DNA of 64,000 bases from Rebecca billardiae RCC1528 (GCA_965240325.2 OZ251232.1:1550001-1614000), one strand, 5' to 3'; positions 10,713 through 23,948 are shown, counted from the stretch's first letter. Notes: generated by a model from the letters alone, not told the origin. Program-made: numbers and translations.

Positions 10713-11813
10713 ATGAGCAGGTTCATGCCCGCCTCATCGGGCACCGCGCAACAGGCGGCGCTCGCGACTCTCGCGGCCTCGACGGCAGTCCTCTCGGCAG
10801 TGGTCGTGTGGCTGGGCTGGCATGTGCGCAGACTCGAGCTGGGTCGGCGGCCCACCTACCCTAGGAAGATCATCCTGGTCCGCCACGCCGAGTCGGCGGG
10901 CAATGTCGACGTGGATGCGTACCGCACGATCGGGGACCCACTCATCCCGCTCACGCAGCGCGGGCGCGCGCAGGCGCGCGTGATGGCGGAGCACCTGCGC
11001 GATTTGGTGGGGGACCGCCGCATATGGGCCTTCACAAGCCCGTACCTCCGCAGCCGCGAGACGGCGACGATTGCGCTGTCAGCGTTCGACGCGTCCACAT
11101 GGCGGCTGGTCGAGGACCCGCGGCTGCGCGAGCAGGAGTTCGCGGGCGGGTTCCAGCACAGCGTGCCCGATCGGACGGAGCAGCGCCTCTACGGCAAGTT
11201 CTTCTGGCGCTTCCCGGGCGGCGAGTCCGCCGCTGACGTGTACGACCGGCTCTCCATGTTCATGGACACGCTGTGGCGAGACATGATGAAGGTGGACCTC
11301 TCGGACTCGGTCGTGGTCATCTTCGCGCACGGGCTGACGAACCGGCTGTTCTGCATGCGCTGGCTGCACTGGTCGCCGCGCGTGTACGAGCAGACGCGGA
11401 ACCCGCCCAACTGCGGCTTCATCGTGCTCGACCTGCAGCCTGCGGACGCGACCGGCCACCCGTATTATCGGCTCACGCCAGACTCGATCGCGATGCTTGG
11501 CTTGCAGCACACAGAGGCGCACCACGACTTCGCCGAGTCGGCGCCGTCGACGTGGGCGATGTCACGGCTCTACGACACAGAGCCGAGCGCGACGGCTCTG
11601 GGCGACGTCAGCAGCCGCGCGATCGCGGCGCTCAGCAGTGCACTGTGCACGAGCCCGCGTGGCACACGCGCGAGGCGGTCAGGCAGCTCGCTCTACACGA
11701 GCGCCAGCTCCGCGCAGCAAGGCCTCGAGATGCGTGTCAAGTGGACGCCGCCGACGATCGCGGGGGGAAGCGGGTGGAGCTCGGGCTCGACGACGGACTG
11801 GGGCCCGAGCTGA
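10713..11813 (+). CDS. Histidine phosphatase superfamily protein (phosphoglycerate mutase/DET1-like) with N-terminal membrane anchor
   Basis: IILVRHAES, SPYLRSRET, LREQEF, FPGGES and AHG motifs. Confidence 0.9.
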   Translation: MSRFMPASSGTAQQAALATLAASTAVLSAVVVWLGWHVRRLELGRRPTYPRKIILVRHAESAGNVDVDAYRTIGDPLIPLTQRGRAQARVMAEHLRDLVGDRRIWAFTSPYLRSRETATIALSAFDASTWRLVEDPRLREQEFAGGFQHSVPDRTEQRLYGKFFWRFPGGESAADVYDRLSMFMDTLWRDMMKVDLSDSVVVIFAHGLTNRLFCMRWLHWSPRVYEQTRNPPNCGFIVLDLQPADATGHPYYRLTPDSIAMLGLQHTEAHHDFAESAPSTWAMSRLYDTEPSATALGDVSSRAIAALSSALCTSPRGTRARRSGSSLYTSASSAQQGLEMRVKWTPPTIAGGSGWSSGSTTDWGPS

Positions 11814-12910
11814 TTCCCCGCCGAACGCGCGTCCACGAGCTAACGCTGGCTGGGGCAGCACGGGCGCCGCGCGCGCCCCCGGCCGCACCACGCGCGGCCC
11901 ACGCGCTGCACGCAGCCCGTCAGATTTCGTATCGCCTGTCGGCATTACGTCGTAAAAACAATAACGGACGTCGCTGTCAATGGCACACTGCAGTCGCGCG
12001 GGCTGCCAGCAATAATCCGGGGGGCTCGTCGCGGGCGACGCGGCCGAGACCGAGTCGGGGACCCTACTGGGCTACTGGCCCGGGCCGGCTGCGGCGCGGC
12101 CCGCTGAGTGCAGCCAACTAGCCCAACTACTGTACGTGCGGCGGCCGCGTGCGGTCAGTCAGAGTCACACACATTCGGTCACCGCCGTGTCGCGGTCGCC
12201 TGCTCATGCTGAGTCGACAGCTGAGTGCTGTCGGTCACGGACACTCCCGCTGACAGGCTGGCAGGCTGATGACAGTGTCAGTCGGACTCCGTCTCCGTCT
12301 CCGGTCTGACTCTGAGCTTCACCACTATCAGACTCAGTACTTATACTCTCCACATGATTCGGATGAGCCTGACGAGTGACAGTCTGGCGGGCCGGACTCG
12401 GTACGAGTTCACGGTATAGTCGATCGCCCGGACCGGTCACGGTGACTGACCCGCTCTGCGCTCGAACTAGTCGAAGGCGTCGTCACTCACTAGCTTATAA
12501 TATATACTCATTCGTCACGGACTCAGTCTCACGGAGTCAGCACGATATAGACGATCGGGATCGTTCCGGGGATCGGACATCGGAATATGGCACTGTATAT
12601 GCCGTCACGGATGAATCTACTGCGGGAATATAAGTCGTCAGATAAATTACGTACTCAGCAGAACAATAAGTCGTAGTAATGTTCAACGTTAACGGGAACG
12701 GGATATGACGGATGAATCAGCACGACGCCGACGGTCTCAACGGTTGGTCGTTGGAAGCGCCGAAGCGCGGCGCCGGCCATGGCGGCCATCAAACCGCCCG
12801 CGCGAGCCCGAGGCGGAGCCGGACCGGGACCCTTGGCCTTGATAGTTGATGCCGCTTACGGGGTCGGACGATAAGCTTACGCTTGGGTGATCGTGTGTGC
12901 ACGCGCAGCC

Positions 12911-14559
12911 TCACGCCCCCCGCGCGGGCGGCTCATCGTCGGCGTCGGCCGCGTTGCCCTCGGTCTCGATCTCCTGCAGCGCGACGAGCGAGCGGAGCGC
13001 GAGCTCGTGCTGCCGGAAGGTGTTGGTCAGGAACGCAAGGCGCTCGCCGACCGAGCCGATCTCGAGGAGCTGCTGCTGCGGCGCGCCGGGCATGAGCGAC
13101 GAGGCGACGAACGAGAGGCGCTGTGCGCGGCGCACTGTCGGGTACGCCTCGTCAAAGGCCCACTCGCTCGTGGCGACCGCGGCCGAGCCCTGCTGCATAC
13201 AGTGCTGGTGCTCCCACCCGCCCGGAGGCGGCGGCGGCTGCAGCTGCAGGACCTGGTCCGGCAGCAGCAGCGAGCGCTTCGACGAGAGCTTCGAGAGCAG
13301 GAACCACACCGAGTCGATGGTGAGCCACAGCTCCCACTCCGCCGTGCGGATGCCCTCGTTGAGCGAGGTGACGCGCGCGTTGCCGAGTGCGCCATCGGCC
13401 GCCGAGCCCGCCTGTTGCGCCTGCGCCGCCAGCTGCGACAGGCAGCGCGCAGCGGCCGAGGCGGCGAGCACAACGTGGACTGGCTCTGACGCGCGCGGCG
13501 CGCCGTCGGCGCCGCCGTCCCCCTCCGTGGTCGCTGCCCTCGCCGCCGCGTCGGAGACGCGCGCATCCTCCGCGCCGCCGCGCGACTCGGCGTCGCCGGC
13601 CGGTGGGTTGCCAACGCCAGCTGGGCCGTCCGCTTCCCAGCCCGCGGGCGCGTCCGCGGGCGCGCCCCAGCGCATGTGCGCGAGCTGCGCCGCCTGCGAG
13701 GCCGCGGCCTTGGCCAGCGCGTTCGCCTCGCTCGCCAGCGCCATCGTGTCCACCGTGCGGTTCATGCGCACCAGCTCCGTCACGCCAAACTTGAAGCTGC
13801 CAATCCGATCAGAGCATTCATACTCACCCCAGGTGCGCGCAGTCGCGGCCGAGGCGGCGACCGCGACACGGCGGACCACCTGCTCGGCGAGCGTGCCGTT
13901 GAGCCAGCCGCTCGCGCGCGGGAGCGAGCCGAGCGCGTGCACGGCGAGATCCAGATGCGTCGACACCTCCTCGCTGTCCGGCAGCAGCTGCACATCCGCG
14001 AAGCGGAGGCTGTCGCGCGTGCGGCTGCGGAGCACCTGCCACGCCGTGGCGCGCGCGCGCGTACGCGCGGCGAGCGGTGCGGTGAGGCGAGAGCAGCGGC
14101 AGCGGCGCACGCTTGGGGCAGGGCGCGTGCGCCAGCGGGCCGTACCTGCACGCGCGCGCGCGCCTGCATCACCACGGCCACGCCGTGCTCGAGTCGCTCG
14201 TCCTCGACCGTGAAGAAGCGCACCAGCGTGCCGACGGACGAGTTGGCGGTGACGCGTGCGACCTCGACAGGCGAGTCATGCATCTGCCACCAGCTGCTGA
14301 CCTCAACACTAGCGCGCTCCTGGAAGCCTGGGAGCAGCGGCCGCTCGGAGACCCACAGCGGCAGATTGTCGATCTCCGAGCTGTAGTCCATCATGGCCGT
14401 CGTTGTGCGTGCCGCGCGTGGCACGCGCGCCGCCACCACCGCTAGTCGCGCCAGGGGCGGCGAGGAGATCCTGCGAGCAGGCATTGCGAGCGGCTCAGCG
14501 GGCTCCATGCCAAGGGCGATGATCAGCGTGCTGCACAGGGCACGCCTCGCCGTCGTCAT
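12911..14559 (-). CDS. Putative LON peptidase substrate-binding (N-terminal) domain-like protein; intron 14036-14145
   Basis: LPLWVSERPLLPG start and QRLSFVASSL...QQQLLEIGSVGERL end resemble LON_substr_bdg. A GT-AG intron joins two ORFs in frame. Confidence 0.5.
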
Positions 14560-14749
14560 CGTCACCGCGCGAGTCACCGGGGTGCGCCTGCCGCCGTCCT
14601 GCGAACACTGCGTGTCACAGGACTCTGTCGGTCCGGTGCAGCCATCGTGCACCGAGAGAATCCGGACGCCCGGAAAGCCGCGTGGCCTTCAGTCAGCAGC
14701 GTGTAGCGAGGGAGTGCTCCGTGGCGCCCGGCTGTAAGCCTCACGCACG

Positions 14750-15708
14750 ATGCGCAGCCCGGCGTCGCTGTCGAACCCGCGGTACCGCAGGTACAACGTG
14801 AGCAAGTCGGGGGCGCGCCCCAAGGCCGCCAAGCCCGCGGCGCCGGGTCCGGTCACCAAGCAGATTGGTGGGCCGAAGAACGGCGGGACTCGGGTCGTGC
14901 AGCCCAAGGGGCCTAAGCTCTACCCGGCGGACGACGAGAAGAAGCCGAAGTTCGTGCGCACAAAGGCGAAGGAGGTCACGAGCGCGAAGGTGGCGAAGCT
15001 GCGCTCGAGCATCACGCCTGGCACCGTGCTCATCCTCCTGTCCGGCCGCTTCCGCGGCAAGCGCGTCGTCTTCCTCAAGCAGCTCGAGAAGAGCGGGCTG
15101 CTCCTCGTCACCGGTGTGTGGGCCGCGCACGCGGGGCGCGTGGCGCACGGCGCGCGCGTGCACCGGCGCACCCTCGCGTGCGCCCCACGCACGCACGCCC
15201 TGAACCGCCCGCGCCGCCTCGCCGCCGCGCAGGCCCGTTCAAGGTGAACGGCGTGCCGCTGCGGCGCGTCAACCAGGCGTACGTGATCGCGACGAGCACC
15301 AAGGTGGACGTCTCGAGCTTGGGGAGCGACATGGGCGCGTTCGACGACGCGTACTTCGCGCGCGAAAAGAGCAAGAGCTCGAAGAAGCCGGGCGAGGAGT
15401 TCTTCGAGGAGAAGGCCGAGGTGCGCGCGCACACTGCGTCCCCCTGCGCGCGGCTGTCTGCGTGGCCGGGCGGCGCGGCTCGCCGCTGCGCCACGACTCT
15501 CACCGCCACCCCGCGCGTCGTGTGACCCGCACGTGCCCGCCACGCACGCGAGCAGAAGGCCCCGATCGACCCGAAGCGCGTCGCCGACCAGAAGAAGGTC
15601 GACGACAAGTTGATGGCGGTGATCAGCGCCAAGCCCAACCTCAAGGAGTACTTGTCCGCGCGCTTCTCGCTGTCCAAGGGGCAGCGCATCCACGAGATGA
15701 AGTTCTGA
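14750..15708 (+). CDS. RPL6: 60S ribosomal protein L6 (eL6); introns 15114-15232 and 15421-15555
   Basis: [34 protein letters not shown]|[22 protein letters not shown] and C-terminal HEMKF. Confidence 0.95.
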
Positions 15709-17509
15709 GCGGCCGGCTCGGGCTTGCCGCGCGCACGCGGGAGGCGCGCGCGGCGCGGCTTGCACGAGGCGAGTGCTCGCACGCTACGTCACTGCGCGCT
15801 TGCGCAGGGCGGTGGTTCGCGCAGCGCTCGGTGTATGGCTGACACTCATCACTCATCAGCGGACAGCGGTCCGCTGCTCGGCAGAGCAATCAATCGATCA
15901 ATGAATCATCATCCGAATCATCAGCGGCGGACTCAGACTGGCGGCCCGAGTGCGGGCACCTCGCGGGTCTCCGGCAGCAGCCACGGTGTTGGGCCGGGTC
16001 TCTACTAGTGACTGGAGAGTCTGGAGACTCCCGTTCCGGGCCGCGATGCGGCCCTCGGAATGAGCCAAGTATGAAGTATATAAGTTATTCCGCGAGCGGC
16101 GAAACTCGGGCTACAGTATCTCGGACGGTACAGTGCCAGTCGCACTTGTCGCCGGCGGCACCGGGCGGGTGGCTGCGAGTGCGACCTCGGCGGCTCGGCC
16201 TCGGGCACCGCGTCCACGTGTGAAATTCCGCGGCCTGACGCTGCGGCGCGCGCCGTCTATATTATTAGTTAGTCTTTAGAGTTTAATTAATAGATCTATA
16301 GATGACTGACAGAATGACTGAGCAGTGCAGAGTGGGCTGAACGGTGAACCGCGTTAAAATAATTACGCTTGTAACGTCAGTCTCGACTAAACTCGAGTCT
16401 GCTTAGACTGTGCTGTCGGCGAATATTATAATTAACGACGTGGTAACTAGTTAATAGTTATATGCAACGGGCAGCAAGCGTCAGGCTCAGAGTGCAGCAG
16501 ACACATAGAATGCGTCCGCGCCTTCCGACCAGGTCAGGCAGTGCTACGGGAGCGGGGCCGGGATGGAGCACCGCCTCGGCCTGGGGCACGCGGCGGCGAC
16601 GGCAGATGCCGCCGCGGCCGAGCGCCTTCCGGAGCACTTGGATGAGGGTGAGGTCAGAGGTCGTAGTCGATGTCGCCGCCCGCCGACCTAGCGGCGAGCA
16701 GCTGCGGCAGGCGGCAGCCGCGGCTGTCCGGCCCCCGTGCGCCCGCGTGGGCACCTGGATGAGGATGAGGTCGTAGTACGCTTCGCCGCGCGCCGGCCAA
16801 GCGGCGCGCAGCTGCAGATTAATTATCGTCATATTTATCATATGTAGTCAGCATGCACTCACAGTGTCAGCGCCGAGCGCGCCGCCGCACGGCGAGGGCG
16901 GCTGAGCAGTGACTCTCAGTCAGACTGCTCGGCACTGTCTCTGAGTCTGACTGACTGACTCGAGACTGACGAGTCGCAGACGAGTGACGACTCTGACTCC
17001 GCGCCCGCCGACTCCGCCGGGGGCGGTCCCAGACTCATCACTCAGTCCCGGACTCCGCAAGTCGGCAGAGGCTCAGAGTTACGGTCCTCAGGCGCCGCCG
17101 CAGCAGCAGCAGACGCATCACGGTCCGACGCGCAGAGTATATAACTGCTTATTAACTACTGATCCGAGCCTGACTCACTCGGGCCCTGACAGCAGTCGAC
17201 GGTCACAGCGTCAGCATGCCGGCACTCGTCATGTTCCGGATTGTAAAATTATGATGAATGTTGGCGGCCTACGTCCAGCAGACTAAGCTATCCGGGCAAG
17301 GGCCGCAGCAACTGCCATGGACCGTAGTACCCTGCCATGGCATAATGTGGCATGATGTGATGGCACTTATTATGAACGCGTGCCACCAATTCACGGCGAG
17401 CTGCTGATAGCAGTACCGTGATCACTGATCGGCTAAACTTATTCGGGAAATGCGTGGTTCGCGGACGAGAGGGTTGAACACCGTGCACGCCGAGCGCCGG
17501 CCCAGCAAA

Positions 17510-18172
17510 TTATGACGACTCCCCAGCCGAGCTCGAGAGGAACTCCTCCAGGCGGGCGCTGGCTCCAGCCGCATCGAGGCCGGATGCTGCCAGGCGGGCC
17601 CTGAGAGCGCGCGCTGTGCCAGGCGTGGCCGCGATGGTGACAGCGATGATGAGCGGCCCAGCAAGCTCGGCGCTCGCAAGGGCGAGGGCGAGGTCGCCAA
17701 GCTGTGGGTCGAGCTTTCCGAGCGTGCTCTCTACCCACGGCGCCGAGTCCGTCTTCGACCGAATGAGTTCGATCGCCTCGGCGTAGCCAATGCCAGAGAT
17801 CTTGAGGCCTGCGAGTGTAACCCCAACCACGACGAGGTATGCGCCGAGATTGGCAAGTGCGAAGGCGCATGCCGGCACGAAGACGCTTTGGTACATCTCA
17901 ATGATCTCGGCGCGCTTGGCCACGCGTTCCTCCTCGTCCAGACTCGCGCTCTGTGATCGGTACTCTGCAATCTTGCCCATTAGGCCAGACATGGCTTCCG
18001 AGACCTGTGAGGCATTTTGCGGCGCGGACACCGCGCCCTCGTCCACCATCGCCATGGATGGTGCTGCTAGTGGCCGGTGGACGACCACCGTGGGCGTGGC
18101 GAGCAGCCGCGTGCGCAGCTGGACTGGTGGCGCGAAGGCCGTCATCGCCGTGATCATCGCGGTGGCAGCCAT
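17510..18172 (-). CDS. Small organellar membrane protein, possibly DUF1279/FAM210-like
   Basis: Transit-like N-terminus, two hydrophobic segments and LALALASAELAGPLIIAVTIAATP. Confidence 0.5.
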   Translation of the reverse strand: MAATAMITAMTAFAPPVQLRTRLLATPTVVVHRPLAAPSMAMVDEGAVSAPQNASQVSEAMSGLMGKIAEYRSQSASLDEEERVAKRAEIIEMYQSVFVPACAFALANLGAYLVVVGVTLAGLKISGIGYAEAIELIRSKTDSAPWVESTLGKLDPQLGDLALALASAELAGPLIIAVTIAATPGTARALRARLAASGLDAAGASARLEEFLSSSAGESS

Positions 18173-18407
18173 GATGATCGTGTCGTGGACGTGGCCGATA
18201 GGCGCGTGAATTCCGTGAAAGCGGGAAGGCATCATTGCATCAACGGGAAACGGACTTCGCACGATGGCGGCGGCTTGGGCTTGACGTCCACTCAAGTAGC
18301 CAACTTGCGCTTTGCCGCAAAGCATCGGTACTGCAGCAGCTTGCGAGCCATCTGCGAGCACTGCGCGAGGACCTCCTGGGCCCTTTCGCGCGTGCGCTGC
18401 GACGGGC

Positions 18408-19019
18408 ATGTTCTACGCCCCAGGTTTCGACCCGTTCCTCATACTCGCGCAGATCGCGTGTATGCAAAGCGCGCTCTACCTCTCACTGGGCATCTGGCTG
18501 GTTATTCTCACCGCCCTGAGCGGCAGCCCGATCTCGAGCATCTCGCTACGGCACATGTTCTCCGACAGCGCCATGCGCTTATCTTTTACGAACGGCTGGG
18601 TGCCCATGGTCGCGTCCCTCATCAACGCCGCGAGCGGGTGCGTTACTCTGCTGCGCGCGGTCGTGTGCGCCGTGGGCTCACTCGCGCTCACTTCCTGCGC
18701 CCACACATGGCGCAGGGCGCTCGCTCTGTGCGTGATCGTCGAGCGCGCAAAGAAGTGCTTGGACTTCACGACCACCTTCTTTTGCCTGCACATGCTCGGC
18801 TGCTGGTACCACAGCGGCTTCCCCACAAGCTGGGAGTGGTGGCTGACCACCGGCCTGGGTATCATCATGATGGCTCTGCTGGGCGAGTTCCTGTGCATGA
18901 AGCGCGAAATGCAGGAAATCCCGCTCTTCTCGCTGTCGGCAGGTCATGGCCCGGGCTACAGTCGAGTCGCCGGGCTCAGACGAGCATCGGACGCGGACAG
19001 CATCGGTAGCCAACGCTAG
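18408..19019 (+). CDS. SYS1: Golgi membrane protein SYS1; in-frame 78-nt intron 18638-18715
   Basis: FDPFLILAQIACMQSALY, IVERAKKCLDF, FPTSWEWW and GEFLCMKREMQEIP. Confidence 0.92.
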   Translation: MFYAPGFDPFLILAQIACMQSALYLSLGIWLVILTALSGSPISSISLRHMFSDSAMRLSFTNGWVPMVASLINAASGCVTLLRAVVCAVGSLALTSCAHTWRRALALCVIVERAKKCLDFTTTFFCLHMLGCWYHSGFPTSWEWWLTTGLGIIMMALLGEFLCMKREMQEIPLFSLSAGHGPGYSRVAGLRRASDADSIGSQR

Positions 19020-19555
19020 TGCTTCATCGTGGCCAACAGGCGATCGAGTGGTAGGTCACTCGTTAGTCGTTCGGACTGTACATACGATCCGATTCTGCCG
19101 CCGCGCCGAGACAAGCTTCACTACATCGTCTACATCCGCCGAGGGCACGAGTGGCTTTCCGCGATCTAATATCATCGCAACGGTCCCACTCCCAGCGCAC
19201 TTGTGACTTGGCACGGCCGCTGACCGAGCCCGGCGGCACGGGCCCCGGCCCCGGGCCCGCGGGTGGCGGGTTGAAGTCGTCAGCTGCCAGGCGCTGATAA
19301 ACGATTTTCACTGAGCGCACACTGTGCGGTTATTACATTTTCATGACAGTAGTCGGACACTCGGACCATCCAACTTCCAAGTCATCAGCAACAGCGCCGC
19401 GGGCGCCTGACCGTGTACCTACTGTCTGGGCGGTGGTCGCACGCGGCATGCTGCACTGATCTGACGAGTGACGGAGGCGTGCCTCCGCTCGGCGGGCGCA
19501 TCAAGAATCGTCCAGCCCATCGCCAGGCTAGCTGGCGCCCGGTGCGATGCGCGAG

Positions 19556-21144
19556 CTAGCGCTGGGCGCGTCCGATCTGCACGCCGATCGCGAGGCCGGC
19601 CAGGACAGCTGCAAGGCAGAGGCTCGTCGTCGACGCGACGCGCTTGATCGAGGCCACACGCGACGAGCGTGCATTGGGCGGGTCGAGCGCGAGGGTGGAC
19701 GAGTCGACGAAGAACGGGCAGTTGAAGCTCACCGCGTCGCCTGCCCGCCGCTGCCACGCCGGCCACACGCGGCAAGAGAGCGGCTTGCGCAGCCGCATCG
19801 CCATGCTGGCCACGTCGCAGTACAGTGCAGAGAGTTGGTCGACAGAAGCGTCGCCGGGGACGGCGACAGTGTCGATGCCGGTGCCGCAGACGGAGGAGTT
19901 GAGCAGCAGCGTGTCTATCGAGAGCGCGCCCTCGCGGCCAAGCCGCGCGAGCCCGTCGTCCTCGGTCTGCGGTAGCACTGCACGCAGTGCGCGCGCGCGC
20001 ACGCGCACGGAGAGGCGCGGCTGTCAGCGCGCAGCGCGATGCGCCGTGCTGCTTCCGCAGTGCGCGCGCGCGCGCGCAGAGGGAGCGCGGCGAGAAGCTG
20101 GCGCCATCGCGGCGGCGGCGACGGCGCGCGCGCACTGAGCCCGCAGTACCCGACCAGGCGGTACGGCATGCGCTTGAGCACCGAAGTGACGAGCGCCGAG
20201 AGCGTGAGCGTGCCCGCGCCTCCGAACGGTCCGAGCCCGATCGAATCAAACGCGTTCACGATTGATTCCTCGGGGTGCGCAGCGGAGGCGACACTCGGGT
20301 CGCAGCCGGCGTAGGTGACGCCGGGGGAGAGCGCCTCGAGCGCCATGCCCAGCTGGTCAAGCTGCCGCAGCGTGCCGTCGAACTCGCGCTCGAGCTCGGC
20401 GGCGGCGAGGCCGAGCACGGCTGTCTGAGGCTGCGCGCTGCTGGGCAGAGCGTCTGCCTGCGCGCGCGCTGCGCCAAAGGCGCGCACGAGCAGGTCCGAG
20501 TTCTCGCACGCGAATGCGAAGGCGGGGGTGGACCACGTCGAGTCCGGTGGGTTCACCCGGCGCCCCGTCATGCCCGGCGCGGGCGAGAACGCGCCCGGGA
20601 AGAAAGGTCCTCCAGGCTCTGTGTTGCAGACAACTGTCAGCTTGAACGCGTACGGCGCGCCGGACAGCGGGCCGCTCCGGATCTCGCCGCGCGTCGAGCG
20701 CGTGGCGTCATTCAGGTCGAGTAGGAGCTGCGCACACCGCCGTGCGTGCGCCACGTCGGGCAGCCCCTCCGCCGAATGCCTCGCCTGCAGGCACACAAAC
20801 AGGTGCTCCGTGGATGCGAGCGCGCGCACGAGCACGCCGTCGTCCAGGCGCTCGTGTACATTGCCAAGCGAGGCGATGACGGCGACGCCACCGCCGACGC
20901 GCTGCTCGATGCGGCTGCACAGGGCGTCGAACTCCTTCAGCTGCGCGAGCGCCACGTCGGCGTCCTGGTCGAGCCACTGCTCGCACGTGTTGGTCGCGAT
21001 GCGCACCATCTGCAGCCCATGGCCGTCACGCTTGAGCTCGGCGATGGCCGTGTCGAAGAAGCTCACCGCCGCCTCGGCGCTCGCGCAGATGAGGTCGAAT
21101 GATGACGCCGAGATGAAGTAGGTCACGGCTCGTACCTTCGGCAT
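19556..21144 (-). CDS. DUF711/UPF0210-family protein with C-terminal hydrophobic tail; intron 19978-20135
   Basis: KVRAVT, VRIATN, PFFPGA, GYCGLMLPQTED (after splicing), SSVCGTGIDTVAVPGD and KPLSCR. Confidence 0.8.
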
Positions 21145-21363
21145 CCCGCACGGCCTGCGTCTCAAATCTCGCGCCCGTTCGACTCGTCGAAGTGTTTTGC
21201 TTCAGGCCTTGGTCAGACTGACCAAGGGCGGTACCGCCCTTGGACTGACGAACCGCCCTTTCTTCGAGCCAGCTGCGGTCGCTCGGAGCGTGCGGAAAGC
21301 ACTGCACAAGATCCGGACTCGCAGAGATCCGTCGTGCGCCAGCAGGCGCATCTGTTTGAAGGC

Positions 21364-22425
21364 ATGGCCGCGGCGGGAGACCGATCGCGGCGCGGAGATG
21401 GGGCGCGCCCGCGCCGGCTCGTGATGATCAACGGCGCGCTCGTGCTGCAGTGCCTCCTCATGAGCGCGCCGTCCAGCTCGGTGGCGGCCGCCGCGTCCGC
21501 CGATGCAGGCGAGGCCTCCGGCGCGCGCTCTCTCCTCCGGTCGCTGCGCGCTGTCGACTGGAGCCGACCGCTTCGCCTTGGGCGCAAGGGGGGGCGGCGC
21601 GAGCTTCCGCAGCCGACGTCCGTCGCGGCCACCCCGAGTCCGCCCTCGTCATCTTCCCGACGGAGACGGCCGCAGGCGTGGTCCTTCCAGCGCTCGGCGC
21701 TGGCGGTCGGTCTCTTTGCGGCGGGCGGCCTCGCTTCCGAGGCGATTCAGTACGCCAACACGGCGCTGCTGGTGGCGTACCTGCGCCGGCGCACGGGGAA
21801 GGACGTGGTCGGGCTGGTCGACTCGATCGTCGAGCGCTCGCGCGCCATGGGCCTCTCGGCGTACGCGCTGTACCTGCTCGCGATCGTCTCGTTCCAGGTG
21901 GTGCCTGTTCAGCTCTCCGCGTTCATCGGCGTGTTGTTTGCCGGGCTGCTCTTCGGCGTGTGGCGCGGCACGCTGCTCGTGTCGTTCGCGTGCTCGGTGT
22001 CGGCGTGCCTCTCCCGCGTGATCGCCAAGCGCGCGCAGCGCCGCTTCCCCTCGCTCGAGCTCTCGTCCATCGGCACACACATGGCCGCCCTCGAGCGGCA
22101 GCTCGCGCAGGCGCCGTTTAGTACGCACGTGCTGGCCATCACGCTGCTGCGGATGAGCCCGGTCTTCCCATTCGTGCCGACGAACTACCTGCTCGGGCTG
22201 ACGAGCGTGCGCCCGCTGGCGCTCTTCGTGGGCACCTTCATCGGCTCGATCCCGATGCAGGCGGCGTACATCTCGGCTGGCGTGCTCGGCGCCGCCACAA
22301 TAAACGGCGGCGTGCGCGTACCGCCTGCAATCGCGGCCGTCGGCTTGCTCGCAACCGTGCTCGCATGCTGGCTGATGGGCAAGCTGGCGACGCAGGCGCT
22401 CGATGGTACGCTGGTCGCGGCGTGA
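21364..22425 (+). CDS. Second VTT/DedA (SNARE-associated) membrane protein (start uncertain)
   Basis: GLLFGVWRGTLLVS, LLRMSPVFPFVPTNYLLGLT and FVGTFIGSIP. Confidence 0.88.
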   Translation: MAAAGDRSRRGDGARPRRLVMINGALVLQCLLMSAPSSSVAAAASADAGEASGARSLLRSLRAVDWSRPLRLGRKGGRRELPQPTSVAATPSPPSSSSRRRRPQAWSFQRSALAVGLFAAGGLASEAIQYANTALLVAYLRRRTGKDVVGLVDSIVERSRAMGLSAYALYLLAIVSFQVVPVQLSAFIGVLFAGLLFGVWRGTLLVSFACSVSACLSRVIAKRAQRRFPSLELSSIGTHMAALERQLAQAPFSTHVLAITLLRMSPVFPFVPTNYLLGLTSVRPLALFVGTFIGSIPMQAAYISAGVLGAATINGGVRVPPAIAAVGLLATVLACWLMGKLATQALDGTLVAA

Positions 22426-23948
22426 GGGCACAACGGCTGCGGCTGCAAGCGCGCTGGCGCCGACTTGTTCGATGGTGCATATCCTGCTGTACCGGTACAT
22501 GTGTCTGAACGCACCTCGGCCAGGCGAGCTTCTGCGGCGGGGCACTCATTGCGACGCGAGTGACCTACTGCCAACATGCGCGGCATCTCTGCCTCAGCCG
22601 CTGGCTGTGCTGACTCACATGCACAGCCGACAGCGCGGCGCCGGTGGCGGGTCGACGTCGCCCGGCACCTCACGTTCGCAGTTTGGCATCGCGACCAGAC
22701 ACGTGGAGCCCGTAGGCGTGCTCAGAGTGGCTCACGGACACTGCCCGCGCACTGCGTCTGCGGTGACCGGGTCCGCGCCCGTGGGGTCCGGACCGCGGGA
22801 CCGCCGACGCCGCGGGCGGCCGCGCGGCCGACTGCCGACGCCGACGCCGACGCCGACGGTGTCACGACGCCATCATCTTCACGGCACTGTTCCCGGGGCA
22901 GACTCGTCCTTTATAGTCACGGAGTGATGAAGTCGAGTAATAATAACAGTAACGATTATTATTTTTATAATAATTTAACGATTATTGATTAACGGACTCT
23001 CACTGGACTCGGGTCACAAGTCTCAATAAATTGTCTTGATAGTTGATGACTCTTGAGATTCTCAGTGTGAGTCTCTGTGACTCGTGTGAGTGACAGAGTG
23101 ACTGTCACTGTGTGAGTCAATCAGCCTATCAATCAGGACTGATTGTCTGGACCGTGAATTCTTGTTATTCTTGAGTCTCAGTCTTGACTACTACCAGTAG
23201 TACTGCTAGTGACTCAAGTCGTCTGAGTCGGAGACTTGACGACGACAATTTGACGACGTTGCGTTTCAGCCATCGAGTATCGACACGGCCGCACGGCCGA
23301 ACGTTGCCGTTCATTCACGTTCGGGGCCCGGCCGTAGGCGTAGCCCGTACCGGGTGGCGTTGCCGCGTCATAATATATATCGGCGGATCACTCATATAAT
23401 AACTCACCGACTACTCGGACACTCACATTGTACTGAGTCACTCCGAGAGGCCCGCGCCGCCACACTGACACTGGTGAGTACTGACTGAGTGAGTGCGGTC
23501 GGGCCACTGCCGATGATGATCATAATCCGATAGTGGCGATCCTCGGATCATCATCAGTGATCATCATCGTCGCAGTTATCAATGTATAAAGACCTCACTC
23601 ATCAGTCCCATGGCAACGACTCATCAGAGTTCAGAATCAGACAGGACGCAGGTCACGGACACGGGCCGGTCGGGCCGCGCGAGGCCCGCCGCACCGCGCG
23701 TCGCCGTGTCGGCGCCGGCTCGAGCCCGTGATGAGGTCCCGCGGTGGGGGCCGGGCTCTTCCCGACTGCCCGAGCAGAGCCGACAGGTGAAAGGAGTTGC
23801 GGCGGGGGGCGGCCGGGCCCGGGGCCGTCCGCAACAGCCTCCGGAAACCTCCAGCCTCCGCACTCCACCACACCCGCTGCACGGCCTGAGCGCGCGCCGA
23901 CAGGCCAGGATCAGCCGCTCTCGCGCACGAGGCGACGCCGAGAGCGCC

